DNA of 64,000 nt, from IMG/VR virus record IMGVR_UViG_2925939204_000001; one strand, given 5' to 3'. The translations under genes and the position numbers were made by a program. The stretch's first letter is position 1. The number at the start of each line of letters is the position of its first letter. This DNA is from a virus. Taxonomy: Duplodnaviria > Heunggongvirae > Uroviricota > Caudoviricetes. The notes below the pieces were generated by a model. That model was not told the DNA's origin and made no database searches. It saw only the letters and a list, made by a program, of their open reading frames with translations. Shown piece after piece: positions 29,392-38,029 of the stretch.

Positions 29392-29500
29392 TTTTTACAC
29401 CACTTTGAGGGCAATTACTACACCTTTTGAGGGCAAATCTTACACCTTCTGAGGGCAAATCTTACACCGATCGTATTTAATTGAGGGCAAATCTTACACC
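29383..29500. repeat. five direct 19-bp iterons TGAGGGCAA(A/T)T(C/T)TTACACC at 22-24 bp spacing upstream of repA (origin)
   Basis: Copies at 29383, 29406, 29428, 29450, 29482; inverted copy at 29623. Confidence 0.75.
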
Positions 29501-29660
29501 AGCCTCCTCTACAGCCCGCGCCACTACTGGCCCCAGCGACGCCTAAAAAGGATCTAAAAAGGATTAAAAATGGAAAAAGGTTTATAAAAATACTCTGTGG
29601 ATATGTGAGTAGCGTCACTTAAGGTGTAAAAATCACCCTCAATAATCGCTTCTCGACCGG
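29500..29660. other. AT-rich origin-like region with A-tract heptamer repeats, GATC sites and a DnaA-box-like TGTGGATAT
   Basis: aaaaaggatctaaaaaggattaaaaatggaaaaagg at 29545-29580; tgtggatat at 29596-29604. Confidence 0.45.
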
Positions 29661-29746
29661 CAAAGATCTTCATTCAATCCCCATCGCAAATCACACACTC
29701 CCTATCCTCTGGAAAATGAACAGATACCTGCTTTTCGGAGGAATAA

Positions 29747-30568
29747 TTGAACATTCCAAAATTCCCATTGCCTTCCCGTCCTGAGACAGAAATTCAGTTC
29801 CACGCCCCTACCGTGAAGGATGCGCTGAAATATTCTGACCTGAACCCGGCAGAAGATGAGGCAACGACTACAGAGTACCTTAACTCTATGCAGGATGGTG
29901 AAATTAACGACAGTGCTAACTGGACAGTTCAGGACCGCAGAACTGCTCTTTGGTGGATATTTGTTAATTCGCGCCCCGATGCAGTAATGACCTACTCCTA
30001 TGAGTGCAGTCACTGCGGTAATACGCATCATGCAGATATTAACCTGAGCGACCTGGCCCAAACAGTAGAAATACTCACTGTACCTCCTTACGTGAAAACC
30101 AACGTACCAGTAAATGGAGTACCAACTGACTGGATACTTAAACCATTAACCGGGAAAGGCGCGGAACTCCTTGAACGAATGCGAGCGTCACTTCCTGATA
30201 TGAAAACTCCCGAATACAGTGCTGGCGTAGCACGGATGCGAATTGCTGAACTCGCTTTATGCACGGCGCTTGAAGACGATCCGGAGGACTTCACGCAGGC
30301 CGCTAACCGACGCTTTGACATCATTGAAAGCATGGCGCTTGAAACCGAATTTACCCCGCTTGTGGCTCGCATACAGCTTATGCAAAAAGACCTACGCCAC
30401 GGCCTGAAAATGTCTATTGAGAGAGGCTCAAGCCGACTGATCCTGCCTCCGCAACATTGCAAAAACGCTAAGGAGGGTGCAGATGTGACAACCACACTGT
30501 ACGTCCCCTTTCTCAATAGAGAGTTTATCCCATCAATTAGATCTGAATGGATGGCTAACCATTATTAA
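29747..30568 (+). CDS. hypothetical protein
   Basis: ORF track. Confidence 0.45.
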   Translation: MNIPKFPLPSRPETEIQFHAPTVKDALKYSDLNPAEDEATTTEYLNSMQDGEINDSANWTVQDRRTALWWIFVNSRPDAVMTYSYECSHCGNTHHADINLSDLAQTVEILTVPPYVKTNVPVNGVPTDWILKPLTGKGAELLERMRASLPDMKTPEYSAGVARMRIAELALCTALEDDPEDFTQAANRRFDIIESMALETEFTPLVARIQLMQKDLRHGLKMSIERGSSRLILPPQHCKNAKEGADVTTTLYVPFLNREFIPSIRSEWMANHY

Positions 30569-30622
30569 CAACCTGACTCTGTATGGATATCAGCCCGTTA
30601 GTGACGTTGAACAATTGCCACA

Positions 30623-33600
30623 ATGGCGAGCACTCCATATGTCAAAAGCCCTGGAAGAAAAATACAAAGCTCAAGCCGGGAAACGTTGATCGCCGCTGGC
30701 AAAAGAGAGGTTATTTTGAAAGAGAATAAAGACCGTATCGCAATAATTGACGCTATTCAGGGGGCGAGCACAAACGAACTTAACGCTCTTGCTGAGATCA
30801 AAGACGCCATTCTCTCTGGTAGAGGGTCTATAACTCAACTTGGTGAAAATCAAGGTAATGTAAGTCAAAGACTATCCCGTAGACTCATAGCAAGCGAACC
30901 CTATGTCTCTGATGATGCCAAGAATACCCAAGCTAACCCATATATAAAACGCCTTCCGATGAAAAAAGGGAGGACGCAGATCAACAACGGAGAAGAACGT
31001 CTCATTGTTGCAACCAACACATCAGAGCGCGTTCATTTTGCGTCATCACGCCAGTCAGCCCAAAAGTTGAAAGGTTCTGTGCCAGTAGCCGCTAATTCTG
31101 CTCCTCTTGAACCACAATCCCCCCAAAGCCAAAAAGGACCGCTTCGGGATAGTAACGGACGCTTTGTATCCCAGAAAAACAACGAAGATATAGCCAGAAA
31201 AAAAGAATGGCAGAAAGCACGTAAGGCTGACGCCAAACTACAAGAAGGCTTCCTCCGAAAATTAGGCTCCATTATAGGGGTAGATGGCAATCAGTCTTCC
31301 AGTGAAGAGTCTTTAACAGATGCCGCAGGTGTTGGCGCTGGTGGTCCGTTGTGGATGGCTGCTCGCGGCATGTACGACATTACTAAAGAGATCACAGGTA
31401 AAGCAGAATCTCTTAAAGAATGGGTAGAAAAGGGGAAAGGTGAGGCTTCACCTTCGAAAGCGACATCTCCAGCTATCACTTATCCGGCGGTGGTGAACAC
31501 TCAAAAAGCAACCTCTGCAACAGCATTTAATACTGCTGTTGAGACAAAATCAGCACAAGCAGTAGAAGAGCAAACAAAAATTCTTCAGACCAATGACAAC
31601 AAAATCATTGATGGTCTGGAAAATGTCTCCGACGAAGTAGTTAAGCTACGCAAATCAGTATCTTCTGGGGATAAGTTCGGCTTAAGTGATCTCTGGAAAA
31701 ATCGAGCAAGCAGAAGAAATAAAATCAATATTGGCGATCAGGCTGGTAAAAATAAACGGAACAAACCGAAAAGGAAAGGTCGCAATCTGGGGAAAAAAGC
31801 CCTTTCTGTTGGTGAAAAAGCCGCTGCCGGAACCGCTGCTGCTGGAGCTGGTGCCGGAGCTGCAAAGGCTGTTAAAACAAAGGTTAGTAAAGCCAAAGAC
31901 ATCAGCACCACAAGCGACGCATCTAAGGGTATTGCTAAAGAAACAAAAAACACAACAAAGGCAGTTAAGCCAGCAGGTGTTGTTGCCGAAGAGGCCACAA
32001 TTAAAACAGGTGAAACTGTTGCAAAGAAAAAAACCGAATCCTTAGCCCTCAAAAGTGCTGCAAAAATAGGTGTTAAATCAGCTGCTTCTACAGCTGCAAG
32101 AGCTATCCCGATCATCGGCTCGGTGGCTATGGCGGGATATGACGCTATAGATGGTTACACTGATACAGATGCGCAAAAGGCAGCCTTTGGATTAAGTGAC
32201 GATGATGCTGTATCCGAACAGCAAAAAACGGCTTACGCAACAGCTAATGTGCTCGATATGGGGGGCTTGGTGTCGGGCGCAACTAACTTGATAGGGAAAG
32301 GAATTTCTGCGCTAGGATTTGAAAGAGCAGGTGAAAAACTTCAGGATTTTGATACCGGAGATATTGCTCGTGGTGTTAACGGCGCGGTAGATATCACCAA
32401 ATCTGTTTTTGGTAGCCTTAAGGATACATTTTTATCCACTGACGAAAACACGAAACAAGTAAAAAAAGCTGTTGAAGACGGCACCAAAAAAACTGTCGAT
32501 GCGATTCATTCTCTAGGTGAACAATTACAAGGTGGGCGTAATGGCGAGGATGGAGTTGGTGAGCACGGGTATACTTCTCCAACTGAATTTAGTGCACCTG
32601 CCAACAACACCATTGCAGCGGATCTGAATATTGGTGGCAGCAACGCTAAAAACCGCAATTACCGAAATAATAATCTCGGCAATCTTGTTTTTGCCAACCA
32701 GGAAGGGGCGATACTGGAATCGCCAAATGCAAAAGGTGAACAACGTTTTGCGCGATTTAACACACCTGAAGAAGGGATCAGGGCACTGGCAAACCAGGTT
32801 TCCAGCTATTACAACGGCACCAGTGCCGCAGCGGGATATCAGAAGTTGCAGACGGTATCCAGCATCATTTCAAAATGGGCACCGCCAAATGAGAACAATA
32901 CTAACCAATACATTGATAACGTCAGTAAATATCTTGGTGTATCGCCTAATGAAAAAATAGATGTCAGCAAACCAGAGGTTATGACGCAATTAGTTCGTGC
33001 AATTGCGACGAAAGAAGGCGGAAATCCGGCAGTTAATAATGAGTTCATTAAGAACGCACTTGGAGCATTTAACACAAACACTGGTCGATGGGAGGGACAA
33101 TTCTCTGACGAAACATTGGCGCGGATTAATAAAATTCAGAAAGAAAATGGTGGTCAGCTAATTGCCCGCGATTCGCAATATAGTGTTGGTCGTAAGGTAA
33201 AATATGCTAATGGAAAATCTCCAGCTCAACCAGTTTTGAATGCCGTTCCGACAGCAACACAACAGCCAATTGAGGTTGCACAACATGCCCAGGCAGTCAA
33301 AAAGCCACAAAAAACAGGCAACCAACCACAACCGATTAATCCAGAGAGCGCTGATGTTAATACCGGCTCTCCATCGAGTTTGCTTGAGCGGTTAATCGCA
33401 ATAAATGAAAGCGGAATCAGTGGTGCAAGTAATTTATTTGGCGGCGCGGCTACCAGCCTTGCTGGAACAAGTCTGGACCTGGTAAAGGATTTTGCGTTGG
33501 CTACTTCGTTTGGTTCTATATCTTCGCTTTCCGAAAAAGCGAAAGGAATGGATCAGGCTCTTACTGAAAAGATATCCGGCTTAACCGGTAAATCTTTTGG

Positions 33601-34828
33601 ATTTAAAAAAGCTTCTCAAGTGGCTGATATCGCAACAGCCATACAACAAAAACGCACTGTTAATCACGATACAGAAATCATTGATCTACTTCCGGGAGAT
33701 CAAGTATCCCCTTTTACTCCGAAAACCCCACAGCAGGAGCAGGCTCTAGCAATCAGCCAGGCTATGGAGGGCTTTTCGTCTGCAGCGCCAGCACCGAAAA
33801 CCCCACAGCAGGAGCAGGCTCTAGCAATCAGCCAGGCTATGGAGGGCTTTTCATCTGCAGCGCCAGCACCGAAAACCCCACAGCAGGAGCAGGCTCTAGC
33901 AATCAGCCAGGCTATGGCGGGCTTTTCATCTGCAGCACCAGCACCGAAAACCCCACAGCAGGAGCAGGCTCTAGCAATCAACCAGGCTATGGCGGGCTTT
34001 TCGTCTGCAGCGCCAGCACCGAAAACCCCACAGCAGGAGCAGGCTCTAGCAATCAGCCAGGCTATGGCGGGCTTTTCATCTGCAGCACCAGCACCGAAAA
34101 CCCCACAGCAGGAGCAGGCTCTAGCAATCAACCAGGCTATGGCGGGAGCTGCGCCAGTAGTTACCTCTGGAAAACGAACTGTCACGGCACCAAGTGATGT
34201 GCAGATTTATGACAACGGCTACAAGGTGGTTACAGGTGAGGATAAGAGCTTCTTTGGTTCGCTATTTGATTCCACGGTGTCAGGGCTTAAACAGGCAGGG
34301 ACCGCAGTAATTCCTGCCGTTGGCGATAACCTTTCACGACTTGTTGGGGGGATTGATAGTACAGGGATATTGAACGATCTTGTAATGCAGTCTACTGGGC
34401 AGAATAGTGCGATTGCGCGAGCTATTAGCCCATTAACAAGAAATGTTGGAGACTGGCTGAATGGAGGGATTCAACAAACCGCTAATAGCATTAGGGGAAT
34501 AGCAACTGGTGCCAATAACGCCATATTTGGCTCTGCTTCAGCTGTGCAAGAACCTTTTCTTGCTATGCCGCCACAACTCCCTACTGTAACCGATCTCGCA
34601 CGAAGCGGAATAAGACAACCATTAACTACTGACACTATAAATAACGATCCTGCTATGTTGAAGGCGCTGGATAACATCTGCTCTATCCTGAACGATCTGC
34701 TGAATGTGAACAAGAACAATACAAAAGGCGATCCGGATAATGTTGTCAAAACATCGCAGCCGCAGCCGCGACCACGTGCGAGCACAACTATTAATGACCA
34801 GTCGCTGGATGCTCTGCTTGAGGATTAA
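30623..34828 (+). CDS. tape-measure-like protein with internal tandem repeats
   Basis: 1401 aa; Ala/Lys-rich segments; six 25-aa tandem repeats; position upstream of baseplate/tail-fibre genes. Confidence 0.55.
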   Translation: MASTPYVKSPGRKIQSSSRETLIAAGKREVILKENKDRIAIIDAIQGASTNELNALAEIKDAILSGRGSITQLGENQGNVSQRLSRRLIASEPYVSDDAKNTQANPYIKRLPMKKGRTQINNGEERLIVATNTSERVHFASSRQSAQKLKGSVPVAANSAPLEPQSPQSQKGPLRDSNGRFVSQKNNEDIARKKEWQKARKADAKLQEGFLRKLGSIIGVDGNQSSSEESLTDAAGVGAGGPLWMAARGMYDITKEITGKAESLKEWVEKGKGEASPSKATSPAITYPAVVNTQKATSATAFNTAVETKSAQAVEEQTKILQTNDNKIIDGLENVSDEVVKLRKSVSSGDKFGLSDLWKNRASRRNKINIGDQAGKNKRNKPKRKGRNLGKKALSVGEKAAAGTAAAGAGAGAAKAVKTKVSKAKDISTTSDASKGIAKETKNTTKAVKPAGVVAEEATIKTGETVAKKKTESLALKSAAKIGVKSAASTAARAIPIIGSVAMAGYDAIDGYTDTDAQKAAFGLSDDDAVSEQQKTAYATANVLDMGGLVSGATNLIGKGISALGFERAGEKLQDFDTGDIARGVNGAVDITKSVFGSLKDTFLSTDENTKQVKKAVEDGTKKTVDAIHSLGEQLQGGRNGEDGVGEHGYTSPTEFSAPANNTIAADLNIGGSNAKNRNYRNNNLGNLVFANQEGAILESPNAKGEQRFARFNTPEEGIRALANQVSSYYNGTSAAAGYQKLQTVSSIISKWAPPNENNTNQYIDNVSKYLGVSPNEKIDVSKPEVMTQLVRAIATKEGGNPAVNNEFIKNALGAFNTNTGRWEGQFSDETLARINKIQKENGGQLIARDSQYSVGRKVKYANGKSPAQPVLNAVPTATQQPIEVAQHAQAVKKPQKTGNQPQPINPESADVNTGSPSSLLERLIAINESGISGASNLFGGAATSLAGTSLDLVKDFALATSFGSISSLSEKAKGMDQALTEKISGLTGKSFGFKKASQVADIATAIQQKRTVNHDTEIIDLLPGDQVSPFTPKTPQQEQALAISQAMEGFSSAAPAPKTPQQEQALAISQAMEGFSSAAPAPKTPQQEQALAISQAMAGFSSAAPAPKTPQQEQALAINQAMAGFSSAAPAPKTPQQEQALAISQAMAGFSSAAPAPKTPQQEQALAINQAMAGAAPVVTSGKRTVTAPSDVQIYDNGYKVVTGEDKSFFGSLFDSTVSGLKQAGTAVIPAVGDNLSRLVGGIDSTGILNDLVMQSTGQNSAIARAISPLTRNVGDWLNGGIQQTANSIRGIATGANNAIFGSASAVQEPFLAMPPQLPTVTDLARSGIRQPLTTDTINNDPAMLKALDNICSILNDLLNVNKNNTKGDPDNVVKTSQPQPRPRASTTINDQSLDALLED
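33719..34143 (+). repeat. 5.7 tandem copies of a 75-bp coding repeat (PKTPQQEQALAI(S/N)QAM(E/A)GFSSAAPA) inside the tape-measure-like gene
   Basis: Exact 75-bp periodicity with a few substitutions. Confidence 0.9.
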
Positions 34829-34833
34829 TACTG

Positions 34834-35208
34834 ATGCTTTACGAAATAGACGCAAGACTTCAAACGAATGAGAGCGGTGTCATTATTGCAGAAGGAAGTA
34901 CCGCAGCATGGATGGCCCGACTTGACGAGTGGCTACGAACCCCTGAAGGGAGTGTTTATGGTTTACCCTCTTGGGGGAGTCCAATGGAAGAATTTAAGCA
35001 CGAACCATTCGGTTCTGAAACTTCGCATATAGTTGAAGTGGCTATCGAAGGGAGAATGATGACAAAACTACGACAAGACCTACCCGGTTTAGATGTTCAG
35101 GGGATTCGCTGTACATCCATTTCTGAAGATTCTTTATTAATCAGTTTTTATGCGAAAGGTGGGAGCATGGATATTGTTATGCAGAAATCAAGCGAGGTGG
35201 GTGCGTGA
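34834..35208 (+). CDS. baseplate protein candidate (gpW/gp25-like size)
   Basis: ORF track; operon position. Confidence 0.35.
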   Translation: MLYEIDARLQTNESGVIIAEGSTAAWMARLDEWLRTPEGSVYGLPSWGSPMEEFKHEPFGSETSHIVEVAIEGRMMTKLRQDLPGLDVQGIRCTSISEDSLLISFYAKGGSMDIVMQKSSEVGA

Positions 35209-36635
35209 CGATTACCGAATTACTCGACAAATTTAATACCAAGCTGAATGAAAATCCCTGGTGGTCACGGTTTGTAAACAGTCAGTTTGTACAGATGCAG
35301 GCGGTGTTCGGTGCGCAGGTGATTTATATTGCACGCACATTTGCAAGTCGTGCTCTGACCGAGGGATTTATTTCAACTGCCACACGGAGAGCAAGCATTT
35401 TAGCGGGAGCTGAAGACCGCAGTTACGTCGGGAGATTTGTGAGTGCTTCATACGGCACAACTTCGATAACGAATAAAACAGATCGGGATATAACGTTGCC
35501 TGCGGGAGCTGAGTTGCTTGCCAGCGACCAAACGCCACTTGCAATTATTAACAGTGTTGTTGTTCCAGCCGGGGGGGCTGTACACGGTGTCGAAACCAAA
35601 CAGCATGAAGCTGTGAGCGTGACATTTGATGTTGAAAAAGAAACCCCCTTTCTTACGCTGTTGCTTTCCAGGGAACTGACAAAAGAAGTGTCCAGCCTCG
35701 ATGTTACTGTGATTATTAATGGTGCAGAAGAGAAATGGACCTACAACCCATTATTTCGAATGTCAAGGGACAAGAGCAAACACTATGTATTGGCATATAA
35801 GCCAACGGAACAACTTGGCGTTAAATTTGGCGATGGTTCTATGGGTATGATGCCGCCAGCTGGGTGCCAGGTGCGAATTGATGTAATGGCAAGCCTCGGT
35901 GACTACACTTTGGCTGAAGGTCAAAAGTTAGAACCTGCTGGAAATATTGCGCAATATGTGGAGTCACTGGAATTTAAAACCGATTCGATTATTACCGGAG
36001 GCGGTGGAATGGAAACCACAGAAGAAACCCGAAACCGTGCACAGTATTATGTTGCCTACGATGAACAAGTCGTATGGGGAGGTGATTATCGTCAATTCAT
36101 TCAGAACGCGGTACACGGTACGTCATGGCTTAACGTTTGGGGTGAAGCGTTACAAGAAAAAATAACCGGATTTGATGTGCGCAACATCAATAAGATTTTC
36201 TTTTGTGGGCATAAGCCGGGCGTAAGCCAGGAACAATTAAAGTCAGAAATACTTAAATCCCTGGAGAATGTGCCAAATGAATTGAACAAGCGGTTCGAAT
36301 ATGTGGACACAAATGAACAGCCATTTACTATAAATTTCACAGGTATTGCACGTAAAAACGTTCTGATAGATGACGCCAAAAACGCCATTAAAAAGGCGTT
36401 AGAGGATAATTTTGGTCGTGATTCATCTTCATTTAGTTTGTTGTTACAGAGTGATGATGATTCCCAGCAATGCTATGCGCAGGTAAAAGTTAAAGATATT
36501 TGGCGTGTTATAGAATCACTGGATATGTTTCTCTCTTACGATATTACAACACAGAATATGAAGGATGCTGTTTACTTCAATGACTTTATTTATCTTGACG
36601 TAAATTCATCTGCATTCAATATTTCCTATCCGTAA
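35205..36635 (+). CDS. baseplate protein candidate (gpJ-like size)
   Basis: ORF track; overlapping-stop coupling. Confidence 0.35.
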   Translation: MTITELLDKFNTKLNENPWWSRFVNSQFVQMQAVFGAQVIYIARTFASRALTEGFISTATRRASILAGAEDRSYVGRFVSASYGTTSITNKTDRDITLPAGAELLASDQTPLAIINSVVVPAGGAVHGVETKQHEAVSVTFDVEKETPFLTLLLSRELTKEVSSLDVTVIINGAEEKWTYNPLFRMSRDKSKHYVLAYKPTEQLGVKFGDGSMGMMPPAGCQVRIDVMASLGDYTLAEGQKLEPAGNIAQYVESLEFKTDSIITGGGGMETTEETRNRAQYYVAYDEQVVWGGDYRQFIQNAVHGTSWLNVWGEALQEKITGFDVRNINKIFFCGHKPGVSQEQLKSEILKSLENVPNELNKRFEYVDTNEQPFTINFTGIARKNVLIDDAKNAIKKALEDNFGRDSSSFSLLLQSDDDSQQCYAQVKVKDIWRVIESLDMFLSYDITTQNMKDAVYFNDFIYLDVNSSAFNISYP

Positions 36636-36645
36636 TGAGGCTGAA

Positions 36646-37491
36646 ATGAAAGAGAATTGGTTTAAGGAGCGGTTAACTAAAGCAAAACAGGATTCTAAGC
36701 TCTGGAGCGCCTTTATAGGCGCTTTACATGAAGTCTGGGATGAAGCTGTAGAACCAATATTAACAAGAATAAGTAACAGAAAATCCTTCTTCACTATGGA
36801 CAGTGAGGATATGGATGCCCGCATTGCTGAATACGGGCGTTTTTTCGTTATCACTGAAAAAGATAAGGCCCGTAGGCCAATGCTTCTGGCACAACGTTTA
36901 GATGAAGTGCACTTTAAAGGCACTATCCTGCCTATTGAGCAGACATTCTGGCGTGAATTCGGTTGTATTCCTGTAAGTTGGGAACCGCTGTATGCTCCTG
37001 TAAATATAGAAAAACACCCCTATGGTTCATATTTTGCGACCGAAATAGAGATACCAACTGCACAGTCTCAATTCGGTGAGTTCTTCCTGACATCAAGGGG
37101 GCTGGTCGTTGTTGATCAGAACAAGCTATATCGCTCATATGGAGAGCAGGATCGAGAAGCTGCTGTGCAGAAATTGTTATCTGACTTCGAAACAGTAATA
37201 GCCCCATTGTTGCCATTGCATATTATTTTTGATGGCGTCTCGTTTCGGCTTAGTGCAGTATTCCCTGAAGTGGCAGAAATACTAAATTGCTTGTCTACGG
37301 ATATTTCGGTAATTGAAGGTGTTTATGTTACTGAGAGTATGGCTGATATGCTATCCCATAGTGATACCTCCTGCCAGGCAGACAATATTTCTCTTAACGC
37401 CATACCGAACCGAACGGCAGAAAAGCAATTACATCTTGATGTAACCCCACTCGATGCGTGGCCTTTGGATTACCACCTTCAACCTGTTTAA
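36646..37491 (+). CDS. baseplate/tail protein candidate
   Basis: ORF track. Confidence 0.35.
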   Translation: MKENWFKERLTKAKQDSKLWSAFIGALHEVWDEAVEPILTRISNRKSFFTMDSEDMDARIAEYGRFFVITEKDKARRPMLLAQRLDEVHFKGTILPIEQTFWREFGCIPVSWEPLYAPVNIEKHPYGSYFATEIEIPTAQSQFGEFFLTSRGLVVVDQNKLYRSYGEQDREAAVQKLLSDFETVIAPLLPLHIIFDGVSFRLSAVFPEVAEILNCLSTDISVIEGVYVTESMADMLSHSDTSCQADNISLNAIPNRTAEKQLHLDVTPLDAWPLDYHLQPV

Positions 37492-37582
37492 TAATTCTTC
37501 CCCCGCATTTGGGGGAACAACGGAAATCACAAACTGAGCATACTCTCCTTTGGTTCATTGCTTATGAAGGGGCTATGTTCGT

Positions 37583-38029
37583 ATGGCTGAAAATTTAAAG
37601 GCAAGAGATGGTAACCGCCTGTATAAGGCGCAATTGCTTTCCTACTATTATTCACGCCGCGCTGAGTCGGCGATCGGCAAAGGTGCGCGTTTTGTTATCT
37701 CTAAGGCGTATTGGTGCAAATCTAGTCTGGTAACTGCTAATGGTGCAGGAGGCTGGAATATAGCGGACATTCCACTCGATTTTAAATTGAGTAAAGCTCA
37801 ACAGTTTGCTGTGTCCGATCTGATATTGTCCAGTGTGGATGGGATTATCACTATCAATGCAGCCTTCCCTCAAGAAAGAATGCCGGATAACACGCCTTAC
37901 GACTTTAACACGCTTGTGCTTGTTGATGCTGAGGAACAGGCTTTTGCTGTGCTTTGCACCCAGCAAGACACCCTCTATAAAGGTAAACGTTACAGTATTC
38001 TCATGACAATCGAGCAAGTTGAGGGTTGA
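37583..38029 (+). CDS. hypothetical tail protein
   Basis: ORF track; stop overlaps the tail-fibre start. Confidence 0.35.
   Translation: MAENLKARDGNRLYKAQLLSYYYSRRAESAIGKGARFVISKAYWCKSSLVTANGAGGWNIADIPLDFKLSKAQQFAVSDLILSSVDGIITINAAFPQERMPDNTPYDFNTLVLVDAEEQAFAVLCTQQDTLYKGKRYSILMTIEQVEG

Noticed and set aside
33700-34185. 161-aa minus-strand ORF with repeated AWLIARACSCCGVFGAGAADEKP units
   Set aside because: It is the antisense reading of the 75-bp tandem repeats inside the tape-measure-like gene; a repeat artefact, not an independent gene.
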